Source of the DNA: Gemmatimonadota bacterium
Lineage (GTDB): Bacteria > Gemmatimonadota > Gemmatimonadetes > Palauibacterales > Palauibacteraceae
Direction: 5' to 3'
Assembly (NCBI GenBank): GCA_035267645.1
Contig: DATFLN010000034.1
Location: forward strand, 100,505-164,504
Length of the DNA: 64,000 bases
A program made the position numbers and the translations under genes. Below, piece after piece: positions 18,161 through 26,618 of the stretch. How positions within the stretch are numbered: position 1 is the first letter of the stretch; every line of letters starts with the position of its first letter. Below the pieces are notes generated by a model. It worked only from the letters and a program-made list of their open reading frames with translations. It ran no database searches and had not been told where the DNA came from.

Positions 18161-18209
18161 ACCGCCGCGTTCCCGGGACCGCCGCGTTCCCGCACTGCCG
18201 CGTTCCCGT
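18161..18209. repeat. Tandem direct repeat, 16-17 nt x 3 (ACCGCCGCGTTCCCGnn)
   Basis: The copies are ACCGCCGCGTTCCCGGG, ACCGCCGCGTTCCCGC and ACTGCCGCGTTCCCGT, with a degenerate fourth (ACCGCCGGCGGG). They lie 146-194 nt upstream of ATG 18355. Confidence 0.9.
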
Positions 18210-18354
18210 ACCGCCGGCGGGCTTTCCCCGCCGTGCGGTCCGCCTTATCCTGCCCGGTCTCACGGCGCCGGCCCGTCCGGCGCTCCCGGTCCGCGGCGCC
18301 GGCCGCCCGGCCGGGCCACGAACCGACGAGAGCGACTCCGACCCGGAGCGGCCC

Positions 18355-21300
18355 ATGCGGATCCCCACCCTCCTCGCATCCTCGATCGTCCTGGCGGCGT
18401 CCGTGCCCCCGGCCCCCGCGGCCGCGCGCCCGGCTCCGGCGCCCGCCGTCCCGGCCGCTGCGGCGTCGGCCCCGGATGGCCCGGCGCCGGCCGCCCTCCA
18501 GGACACGACCGGGAAGGCCGGGAAGATGGCCGCGAAGGAGGAGGAGAAGGAGCCCCTGCCGCTCTCGACGCCCGACACGCTCCGGGTCGCCTCGTCGGAG
18601 GGCTCGTGGCTCTCGATCGACGTGAGCCCCGATGGCCGGCAGCTGGTCTTCGACTACCTGGGCGACCTCTATCTCCTCCCGTTCGACGGCGGTCGAGCGC
18701 GCCCCCTCACCACGGGGCAGGCGTTCGACGGGCAGCCGCGCTTCGGCCCCGACGGGAAGCGCGTGGCGTTCGTCTCGGACCGGAGCGGCTCGGAGAACGT
18801 GTGGATCGTCTCGGTGGACGGGAGGGACACCGTCCAGGTCACGAAGACGAAGCACGACCTCTTCCAGTCGCCCGAGTGGACACCGGACGGCCAGTACCTG
18901 GTCGCCTCGAAGCAGACGGGCTTCGGCCCGGCCAAGCCCTGGCTCTTCCACGTGGACGGAGGGACCGGGATCCAGCTCGTCGAGGACGAGAACGGCGGGA
19001 ACGGCGGGCGCTCCGAGGGGAAGCGGCTCACGGGCGCGGCCTTCGGGCCCGACCCGCGCTACATCTGGTTCGCGCAGCGGCAGGGGACCTGGGAGTACAA
19101 CGCCATCTTCCCGCAGTACGAGCTGGTGGAGTACGACCGGAAGACGGGGGAGACGTTCACGCGCTCGGCCCGCTACGGCTCGGGCATGCGCCCCACCCTC
19201 TCGCCCGACGGCCGCTGGCTGGTCTACGCCACGCGCCACGACGCGCAGACCGGCCTCCGCATCCGCGACCTCTCGAACGGCCGGGAGCGCTGGCTTGCCT
19301 ACCCGGTCCAGCGCGACGACCAGGAGTCGGTGGCCAGCCGGGACGTCTACCCCGGCATGTCGTTCACGCCCGACTCGAAGGAGCTGGTGGCCACCTACGG
19401 CGGGAAGATCTGGCGGATCCCGGTGGACGGGAGCGAGCCGAGCGAGATCCCGTTCACGGTGGACGCGGCGGTCCCGATGGGACCGCGGCTCGACTTCGAG
19501 TACCCGATCCCCGACTCGGCGGAGTTCACGGTCCGGCAGATCCGGGACGCCGTGCCCTCGCCCGATGGGAAGCGGCTGGCGTTCACGGCCCTCGACCGGC
19601 TGTACGTCATGGACTGGCCGGACGGGGAGCCGCGCCGGCTCACCTCCTCGGAGGACCTCATCGAGGCCGAGCCCACGTGGTCGCCCGACGGCCGCTGGAT
19701 CGCCTATGCCACCTGGTCGGACCAGGCGGGCGGCCACCTGTACCGGGCGCGCTCGGATGGGAGCGGCAGCCCCCGCCGGCTCACGACCGAGTCGGCCGTC
19801 TACCAGGAGCCCGCGTGGTCGCCGGACGGGGAGCGGATCGTCGCGGTGAGCGGTCCGGCCCGGACGTACTTCGAGCACCAGGGCCCGTTCGAGCCCGGGG
19901 CCCGCGAGGACCTGGTGTGGATCCCGGCGTCGGGCGGCGCCGCCCGGACGATCGTGCCGGCCGAGGGCCGCGGGAACCCGCACTTCAGCCGCTCGGAGCC
20001 GGACCGGATCTTCCTGTACTCCACCGGCGACGGGCTCGTCTCGATTCGCTGGGACGGGACCGACCAGAGGAGCTACCTGAAGGTCGCGGGAGGGAAGCCG
20101 CCCGGCTCGCGCCGCCCGCTGCAGGCCGGGCTCCTCCTCATGGGGCCGGACGGCACGAAGGCGCTGGCCCTGGTGAACCACCAGGTCTACGTGGTCACCG
20201 TCCCGTTCGTGGGCGGGAAGACCCCCGAGGTCTCGGTGGCGAGCCCGGAGACCGCCGCCGTGCCGGTCAGGAAGCTCACCGACGTGGGCGGCCAGTTCGT
20301 CGCGTGGGGCCCGGACGGCCGCACCGTCCACTGGTCGATCGGGAACGCCCACTTCGCCTACGACCTCGTGGCGGCGAAGGCCGCCGAGGACAGCGTGGAG
20401 GCGGCTAAGAAGGCCGAGGCGCGGGCGAAGGCCGCGGCCGGGCCCGACACCGCGGAGGCGGCCGACGAGGCCGTGGAGATGGCCGCCGACACGACCGGGG
20501 AGGCCGACGGGAGCGCCGGCGCGGAGGCCGGGAAGGAGGAGCCCGCCTACGAGCCCACGGAGCGGGCCGTGGTCGTCCGCGCCCGGCGCGACATCCCGCG
20601 GGGGGCGGTCGTCCTCCGGGGCGCCCGGGTGGTCACCATGGACGGCGACCGGGTCGTCGAGGACGCCGACCTGGTGGTCGAGGGCGCCCGCATCCGCGCC
20701 GTGGGAGCGAGGGGCGAGGTCCCGGTGCCGCGCGGGGCCGAGGTCATCGACGTGTCGGGGAAGACGATCATCCCCGGCTTCGTGGACACGCACGCCCACC
20801 CGTGGCCGGTGTGGGGGCTCCACAAGACGCAGATCCCCAAGTACATGGCCAACCTGGCGTACGGGGTCACGACGACCCGCGACCCGCAGACGTCGACCAC
20901 CGACGTCCTCACCTACGCCGACCGGGTCGAGGCGGGCCGCATGCTGGGACCGCGCATCTTCTCGACCGGGCCGGGGGTGTTCAGCTCGGAGATGATCTCG
21001 AGCCTGGACGAGGCCCGGGACGTCCTGGAGCGGTACAGCCGGTACTACCACACCCGCTACATCAAGATGTACATGACCGGGAACCGGCAGCAGCGGCAGT
21101 GGGTCATCATGGCGGCCCGCGAGCAGGAGCTGCTGCCGACCACCGAGGGCGGGCTCGACCTCAAGCTGGACATGACCCACGCGCTGGACGGGTATCCGGG
21201 CCACGAGCACGCGCTCCCGATCTTCCCGCTGTACGAGGACGTCATCCGGCTCATGGCGGACACGAAGAGCGCCTACACGCCCACGCTCATCGTCGCGTAC

Positions 21301-21885
21301 GGCGGGCCCTTCGGGGAGAACTACTGGTACACGCGCCACAACCCGCACGACGACGCCAGGCTCCGCCGGTTCACGCCCCACCAGGAGCTGGACTCGAAGA
21401 CGCGCCGGCGGGGCCCCGGCCCGGGCCCGGGGCCGGGCGGGTGGTTCCTGGAGGACGAGCACGTCTTCCCGGAGATCGCCACCTACGCGCGGAAGATCAT
21501 GGAGGCGGGCGGTCGGCTGGGCGTGGGGAGCCACGGGCAGCTCGAGGGCCTGGGCTACGACTGGGAGCTGTGGATGCTCGCCTCGGGCGGCATGACGCCC
21601 ATGCAGGCCCTCCGGGTGGCCACGATCATGGGGGCGGACGACCTGGGGCTGGACGGCGACCTGGGCTCGATCGAGCCGGGGAAGCTGGCGGACCTCCAGG
21701 TCCTGGACCGGAACCCGCTGGAGGACCTGCAGAACGTGAGCTCGCTCCGCTACGTCATGAAGAACGGCCGGCTGTACGAGGCGGCGACGCTGAACGAGGT
21801 GTGGCCCCGCCAGCGCGAGCCGACGGGCATGTACTGGCTGGGCCAGGACCCGGAGGGGGTGGCGGCGGGGGTGAACGAGAAGTAG
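18355..21885 (+). CDS. Secreted TolB-like beta-propeller protein fused to a C-terminal amidohydrolase domain
   Basis: In-frame ATG at 18355 (MRIPTLLASSIVLAASVPPAPA). There are many SPDG/WSPDG propeller repeats. The C-terminus carries metal-dependent amidohydrolase blocks IIPGFVDTHAHPW and GSIEPGKLADLQVLDRNPL. The upstream part of track ORF 17761..21885 is a shadow frame. Confidence 0.9.
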   Translation: MRIPTLLASSIVLAASVPPAPAAARPAPAPAVPAAAASAPDGPAPAALQDTTGKAGKMAAKEEEKEPLPLSTPDTLRVASSEGSWLSIDVSPDGRQLVFDYLGDLYLLPFDGGRARPLTTGQAFDGQPRFGPDGKRVAFVSDRSGSENVWIVSVDGRDTVQVTKTKHDLFQSPEWTPDGQYLVASKQTGFGPAKPWLFHVDGGTGIQLVEDENGGNGGRSEGKRLTGAAFGPDPRYIWFAQRQGTWEYNAIFPQYELVEYDRKTGETFTRSARYGSGMRPTLSPDGRWLVYATRHDAQTGLRIRDLSNGRERWLAYPVQRDDQESVASRDVYPGMSFTPDSKELVATYGGKIWRIPVDGSEPSEIPFTVDAAVPMGPRLDFEYPIPDSAEFTVRQIRDAVPSPDGKRLAFTALDRLYVMDWPDGEPRRLTSSEDLIEAEPTWSPDGRWIAYATWSDQAGGHLYRARSDGSGSPRRLTTESAVYQEPAWSPDGERIVAVSGPARTYFEHQGPFEPGAREDLVWIPASGGAARTIVPAEGRGNPHFSRSEPDRIFLYSTGDGLVSIRWDGTDQRSYLKVAGGKPPGSRRPLQAGLLLMGPDGTKALALVNHQVYVVTVPFVGGKTPEVSVASPETAAVPVRKLTDVGGQFVAWGPDGRTVHWSIGNAHFAYDLVAAKAAEDSVEAAKKAEARAKAAAGPDTAEAADEAVEMAADTTGEADGSAGAEAGKEEPAYEPTERAVVVRARRDIPRGAVVLRGARVVTMDGDRVVEDADLVVEGARIRAVGARGEVPVPRGAEVIDVSGKTIIPGFVDTHAHPWPVWGLHKTQIPKYMANLAYGVTTTRDPQTSTTDVLTYADRVEAGRMLGPRIFSTGPGVFSSEMISSLDEARDVLERYSRYYHTRYIKMYMTGNRQQRQWVIMAAREQELLPTTEGGLDLKLDMTHALDGYPGHEHALPIFPLYEDVIRLMADTKSAYTPTLIVAYGGPFGENYWYTRHNPHDDARLRRFTPHQELDSKTRRRGPGPGPGPGGWFLEDEHVFPEIATYARKIMEAGGRLGVGSHGQLEGLGYDWELWMLASGGMTPMQALRVATIMGADDLGLDGDLGSIEPGKLADLQVLDRNPLEDLQNVSSLRYVMKNGRLYEAATLNEVWPRQREPTGMYWLGQDPEGVAAGVNEK

Positions 21886-21891
21886 TAGGGA

Positions 21892-22185
21892 GAGCGGCCT
21901 CTCACCGAAGAGGGGCGCGAGGACGCCCGCCGGGTCGGACCGGCCCTCGCGGCGGCCGGCCTGGAGCTGGCCCACGTCTGCCACTCCGGGAAGCTCCGGG
22001 CCCGGGAGACGGCCTACCTGCTCGCGGGCCGTCGGGGCTGACGCCGAGCTCGAGGACCGGACCGAGCTCCAGCCGCTCTCCGACCCGGTCGGGATCCTGG
22101 ATGCGGGCCGTGACGCGGATGGCCACTTGCTTCACGTCGAGCGCCTCTCCTCCCTTCTCCTCACGGGCGAGGTCGACCGGAGGAT
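21892..22185 (+). pseudogene. Decayed second copy of sixA (5'-truncated, frameshifted, internally deleted)
   Basis: My alignment against 17672-17990 shows colinear similarity. ERPLTEEGREDARRVGPALAAAGLELAHVCHSGKLRARETAYLLAG matches ERPLTDEGREDARRVGRALEAAGVKLSSVWHSPKLRARETADLLAG. A premature TGA follows, and after a +1 shift ADAELEDRTELQPLSDP...GHLLHVERLSSLLLTG matches AGAELEERVDLQPLSDP...GHLPHVERLGSLLLTG. The first ~17 codons, including the catalytic RH motif, are missing. Similarity ends where GC content drops. Confidence 0.75.
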
Positions 22186-22476
22186 TTGGCCTTCTCCTCT
22201 CCGCTCACGCGCTGTCGGCTCCCTTCAGCTCTCAGCTCGTCTTGCTTGGAAGTTTCCTTTTTCAGCACAGCTCACCGGCCCTGTCGATAACGGGAAGATT
22301 GATGTAACAATGGCCGTGTTGTGAGACGCGAGATCGGAAATTGCGGGCCAAGGTCTACCTGGGCTCGACCGGGCGAAATTCACCTCGTTACGTTGATATT
22401 CCTCGGCTATCTCCATGTGTGCCACGGAGTGGAGCAACTGCCCGAGGGGTGCTGTATTCGGCTTCTGGGAAGTCCA

Positions 22477-22974
22477 ATGAATCTTTCCGTTAGGGCTCAT
22501 ATTCTTGTAGCCCTTCCAGTCAGTTTGACCTGCGTTCTGGCAGGATGCAGGTCATCCGACGTTCGGAGGTCCGGTGTCGACGCCGAACGGCTCGGTAACA
22601 TCATATTCTCACGTGCATCGTACCAACCGGGCGTCGAATTCGGTGGCGAAACTGCTGCGGTCGTACTCGATCCATCCGCGGCTTTGAGCTGCAATACGTC
22701 ATTGCCTGAGTGGTTCACGTGGCAATCACAGGCTGAGCGGCGGCTTGTTCTCGTCCTGACGCGTGAGCCCACCGCAAACGAGAGGCGCGAACTAAAGATG
22801 TTGCGTTTGCATGTCGCTGGGGTAGTGCCCGCAGGCGCGACCGTAGCGGCCCGGCCACGGGTTTATCTGTTCAGCGCTCGCTCATTGATCGATTCTGTCG
22901 ATCTCGCGGAGGGCCCGACCAGTACACTCAAGCTCGGCGGCTCCGTGATTGCGGACCGTGGTCCCCAGTCGTAA
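22477..22974 (+). CDS. Hypothetical lipoprotein (165 aa) in the low-GC islet
   Basis: An internal ATG of track ORF 22321..22974 gives MNLSVRAHILVALPVSLTCVLAGC, which is a signal peptide plus an LAGC lipobox. I recognised no family. Confidence 0.6.
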   Translation: MNLSVRAHILVALPVSLTCVLAGCRSSDVRRSGVDAERLGNIIFSRASYQPGVEFGGETAAVVLDPSAALSCNTSLPEWFTWQSQAERRLVLVLTREPTANERRELKMLRLHVAGVVPAGATVAARPRVYLFSARSLIDSVDLAEGPTSTLKLGGSVIADRGPQS

Positions 22975-23106
22975 ACCCTGCCGAGCGCCCTGGTCGGATG
23001 TGGCAGGGTCCGGAAGGCGCCCCAAGTTGAGCAGCACGGCCGGAAGGCGCGGGAGAATTCGTCACTGCTAGGTCCATTACCGATAACCCTTGGACTAGAG
23101 GAGCAG

Positions 23107-23319
23107 GTGTCAGGAAATCGCGGAAAGGCACTCGCAAGGGTTCTCCTGGCAGCCGTCGCTATGGCCGTCGTGTCTTGGTTCACGATATTGCGCCCCAAGC
23201 CGACCGAGGCAGTCCCTGTATGCTACGACTGCTATACTCTGATCCATCCCGTAGAAGGCTCCGACTCTTGTCCCCACGGCGATAGGTGCCCGTGCACATG
23301 CTGCCCCAATGGCGGATAG
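23107..23319 (+). CDS. Small Cys-rich membrane-anchored peptide (70 aa)
   Basis: A GAGGAG sits 3 nt before GTG 23107. There is one hydrophobic segment (ALARVLLAAVAMAVVSWFTIL), then 8 Cys and 2 His in the last 32 residues (CYDCYTLIHPVEGSDSCPHGDRCPCTCCPNGG). The stop lies 3 nt before the next gene. Confidence 0.5.
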   Translation: MSGNRGKALARVLLAAVAMAVVSWFTILRPKPTEAVPVCYDCYTLIHPVEGSDSCPHGDRCPCTCCPNGG

Positions 23320-23322
23320 CCC

Positions 23323-24527
23323 TTGGTGGAGGTCGGGGGGACGCCGCGATCTTACCTGCGAAGCGCTCTCATTCTTTCGGCGTCTGCGGCGGCCTTCGTG
23401 GGTGCATGCGAGTCGTCACAGGGCGTGCCTCGAGGCCCCTCCGACAGCCCGCTCCTGGTCGCCGCGGAGAGTCTACGTCTGCGGGAGTCCGACTCGCTCT
23501 ACATCGGTCGGATCGGTGGGCTGTACACGAGCCGCTCGGGCGATCTGTATGTATCCGATCTCTTCTTGGATCGCGTGCTCGAATTCGACGCGGCGGGCAG
23601 GATCGTGCGCGTCTTCGGCCAGAAAGGCCACGGGCCCGGTGAGTCCGCGGATGTAGGGTCTATCGTCGCCGCCAACGATTCCGCCGTGGCGGTGGCCGAC
23701 TGGGGTTCCGGGACTCTCAACATCTATGCGAGTCGGGGCGGTCGCTATCTGGGCTCGGCGTATGCCCGGGGCCGAGCGACATCGGCGTTCTTCGAGGGTG
23801 ACTCGCTGGTGGTCGGCAGCATCCGGTCCACCGAGGGGGCTCGCATCGACCTCTACAGACTCACCTACGCCCCGGTCACGGGTGAGGCCGAGTGGAAGCG
23901 TGGGTTCGAGTTGGGTCTACCTCCAGCGTATAGCAGCAACTCGACGGTAAGCGGTCTGTACGGCCTTGTCAGCGTGCTGCCATGGCGAGACGGGTACGTC
24001 GTCGCCTTTGCCGCCGACTCCTTGATCAGGGTGTGTCGAGACAGGGGAAGCTGCTCGAGTCGTTCGCCGTTCCGGCCCGTGTGCGACGCGGCGTCCCCGC
24101 CGATCTCGCTGATCGCGCTTCCCTGGAAACACGGTCGCTCGGCGAGCTGTTCGAGATGACTTCCGTGCTGGTCGCACTGGGCCGCGGGACGGACGGCAGC
24201 CTCGTGGCTGTGTACTTCGATGAGACGCTCACATCGAAGTCTGCCCGGACGGCGCGTGCGGATGTTTTCGTGTCCGTCGTGTCCGCCAACCTGAAGAAGG
24301 CTTGCGTAGATCTGCGGATCCCGGTCGATACCGTCTCGCTGCCCGAGGTTCATGTGGCTGGAGACACCGTGCTCGTCGTGCAGCAGACACTCCCGTCCCG
24401 AGCGTCCGGTCGAGCTGCCGGAGAGCCCGAGACCGATGTGTGGAAATATGCGATTGATACGAGTGGGTGCCGCTGGCTCCCGCTCCGGCGCTCTGCTCCG
24501 ACGCGCGCTGCCGTAAACTCACGCTAG
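23323..24527 (+). pseudogene. NHL-like / six-bladed beta-propeller lipoprotein gene interrupted by a frameshift at a (GT)3 tract
   Basis: Frame 1 (23323 to ~24033) has a signal peptide, a lipobox-like FVGAC and an NHL-type repeat SGDLYVSDLFLDRVLEFDAAGRIVRVFGQKGHGPGE. The protein-like sequence then continues in another frame from ~24036 to 24527 (SRQGKLLESFAVPARVRRG...SLVAVYFDE...DTVLVVQQ...DVWKYAID). The two frames join cleanly if 2 nt of gtgtgt (24031-24036) are skipped. Confidence 0.6.
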
Positions 24528-24534
24528 GTGTCGA

Positions 24535-25002
24535 GTGCTGGATCCAAGGAGGGCCTTCGCAGCCATCTGCTGCATTCTCCTGTCGTCGGGCTGCAGGGGT
24601 GATGCGCCCCGGCAACCGCCGTCCCGGACCGACGCCGCGGCCGACGCCGCGGGCCGCTCCGGACGTATGCGGACGATCCGATATGCGGTGGCCGCCAGAC
24701 CGGAGCTGCTCCGGGCCATGGGTGCGAGCGCCAGGCCCCTGCTCATCGTGGATGGCCGGCGAATGGGGCGGCTGAACTACAGGACGTGCGAGCCGGCGTC
24801 AGATACGACTGCGGCGAGCGCCCCTGCGCACGCGAGCCTGTCATTCATCAGGGCCTTCGCGGCCGTTTCAATCTTCGGGGATGAGGGTTCGGATGGTGCG
24901 CTCGTGGTCCACCTGGGGCCGGACCGAGAGCGATCCCGGCCGGCTCGGGGTCGGCCGGATCTCACCCCACCACCCGCAGCAGCACCACGCTGGCCACGGT
25001 GA
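24535..25002 (+). CDS. Hypothetical small secreted protein or lipoprotein
   Basis: GTG start gives MLDPRRAFAAICCILLSSGC, a signal peptide with a lipobox-like end. It contains PLLIVDGRRMG and a SIFGDEGSDGALVVHL-type block reminiscent of plug/TonB-C-like small domains. Its 3' end overlaps the convergent mgtE gene by 41 nt, so the exact end is uncertain. Confidence 0.45.
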   Translation: MLDPRRAFAAICCILLSSGCRGDAPRQPPSRTDAAADAAGRSGRMRTIRYAVAARPELLRAMGASARPLLIVDGRRMGRLNYRTCEPASDTTAASAPAHASLSFIRAFAAVSIFGDEGSDGALVVHLGPDRERSRPARGRPDLTPPPAAAPRWPR

Positions 25003-26299
25003 AGTAGATCACCAGCCCCGTCACGTCCACGAGCGTGGCCACGAACGGGGCCGACGCGCTGGCCGGGTCGAAGCCCAGCTTCCGGAGGAGGAAGGGGAGC
25101 ATCGACCCGATCAGCGTCCCCCAGGTCACCACGCCCACGAGCGTGCTCCCGACGGTCAGGGCCACGAGGGGGTAGTGCGGACCGTAGTCGTACAGCCCCG
25201 CATACTGCCACGACAGGATTCGCACGATCCCGATCGCGCCCAGGATGGAGCCGAGCGTGAGGCCGGATCGGAGCTCCCTCCACGCCACCCGCCACCAGTC
25301 CCGGAGCCGGATCTCGCCCAGGGCCAGCGCCCGGATGACCAGCGTGGTGGCCTGCGAGCCCGAGTTCCCGCCGCTCGAGATGATGAGCGGCACGAACAGC
25401 GCCAGGACCACGGCCTGCGCGATCTCGCCCTCGAAGTGGCCCATGGCGCTGGCGGTGAGCATCTCGCCCAGGAAGAGGACCGAGAGCCAGCCGGCGCGCT
25501 TCTTCACCAGCAGCCCGAAGGGCGTCTCCATGTAGGGGGTGTCGAACGTCCCGGAGCCGCCGATGCGCTGGATGTCCTCGGTCTGCTCCTCCCGGATCAC
25601 GTCGGCGATGTCGTCGAAGGTGACGATGCCCACGAGCCGACGGTCCCCGTCCACCACTGGAAGGGCCAGGAGATCGTGCTCGCGGTAGAGGCGCGCCACT
25701 TCCTCTTGGTCCATCGTCTCCGGGACGGCCACCACGTCCCGCTGCATGATGTCCTCCACCCGCCGGCCCGAGGGCGCCTCGAACAGGTCGCGGAAGGAGA
25801 GCACGCCCAGGAGCCGCTGCTCCCGGTCCAGGACGAAGACGTAGTAGATGGTCTCGAGCAGGGGGGCCTGGCGTCGGAGGTACGCGAACGCTTCTCCCAC
25901 CGTCATGTCGGGACGCACCCGGGCGAAGCGCGGGCTCATGAGCCCGCCCGCCACGTCCTCCGCGTAGGCCAGGAGCGCGGTCACCTCCCGCCGCGTGGTC
26001 TCGTCCAGGAGGTCCAGGAGCCACGCCGCGTCCTCCTCGTCCGCCTGCTGCACGAGGTCGGCGGCGTCGTCGGGCGGCAGGAGGCGCATCCACACCTTGC
26101 GCTCTTCCCGCGGCAGCCCGACCACCAGCTCGGCCTGCTCCCGGGGGTCGAGCGAGAGGAAGAAGTCGTCCGCCACTCCGGGCGCCAGGGCCCGGAACGC
26201 CGCCACGCGCCCCTCCGGGTCGAGGACGGGCCAGCGCTCCCAGAGCTCGACGGCCTCGCCCCTGTCCGTCTCGGGGGTGGGCATGTGGGTGGCGACCAT
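24962..26299 (-). CDS. mgtE: Magnesium transporter MgtE
   Basis: N-domain, tandem CBS region (VFVLDREQRLLGVLSFRDL; LPVVDGDRRLVGIVTFDDI) and TM domain with LFVPLIISSGGNSGSQ. In-frame ATG at 26299 (MVATHMP). The upstream part of the track ORF is not protein-like. Confidence 0.92.
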   Translation of the reverse strand: MVATHMPTPETDRGEAVELWERWPVLDPEGRVAAFRALAPGVADDFFLSLDPREQAELVVGLPREERKVWMRLLPPDDAADLVQQADEEDAAWLLDLLDETTRREVTALLAYAEDVAGGLMSPRFARVRPDMTVGEAFAYLRRQAPLLETIYYVFVLDREQRLLGVLSFRDLFEAPSGRRVEDIMQRDVVAVPETMDQEEVARLYREHDLLALPVVDGDRRLVGIVTFDDIADVIREEQTEDIQRIGGSGTFDTPYMETPFGLLVKKRAGWLSVLFLGEMLTASAMGHFEGEIAQAVVLALFVPLIISSGGNSGSQATTLVIRALALGEIRLRDWWRVAWRELRSGLTLGSILGAIGIVRILSWQYAGLYDYGPHYPLVALTVGSTLVGVVTWGTLIGSMLPFLLRKLGFDPASASAPFVATLVDVTGLVIYFTVASVVLLRVVG

Positions 26300-26618
26300 C
26301 GCTCGTCTCCTCGTTCGTCGCTCGGATGCGGGAGGCGCCGCCCCGACGCGCGGCGTCCGTCGGCGGCGCGCGGCCAGGCGCTCCCGGCGCACCTCGGGGG
26401 CCCGCGGCGCGGCGCGCCGGCCGCGGCTCCGCGGCCGCTCCCACGGAAGATCTGGGGCTCGGGCCGGCCGGGAAAGGTGACGACCCGCCGTCGGGGGACG
26501 TCTTCCGTACGCAGGGCAGGGGGGCCGGGACGCAGCGCCGATCCGGGCCCGGTGATGGAACGGAACGTGCCCCACATGTGGGCCGGAGAGACGCGCCTCA
26601 TAGACGAGCTCGAGGACG

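Noticed and set aside
22225-22500. Minus-strand 91-aa ORF in the low-GC region (MSPNGKIHWTSQKPNTAPLG...).
   Set aside because: I recognised no motif and saw no Shine-Dalgarno. It overlaps the start of the better-supported lipoprotein gene, and it lies partly over the decayed sixA tail. It is likely a chance ORF made possible by the lower GC.
22863-23198. Minus-strand ORFs 22863..23198 and 22928..23137 across the lipoprotein/Cys-peptide intergenic region.
   Set aside because: They overlap two co-oriented + strand genes that have signal peptides and a Shine-Dalgarno. Their sequences are Ser/Arg/Pro-rich with no features.
22190-24530. Calling the low-GC islet a mobile element or genomic island with defined ends.
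   Set aside because: I could recognise no integrase, transposase, tRNA target, or terminal inverted or direct repeats by eye. It is reported only as a compositionally atypical region.
26300-26618. Possible M-box (ykoK) magnesium riboswitch in the 320-nt region upstream of mgtE.
   Set aside because: Reading the minus strand, I could not find the conserved M-box core (GUUAGGUGAGGCUCC..., ...AGUGCCACAGUGA). No riboswitch is called. A covariance-model scan would settle this.
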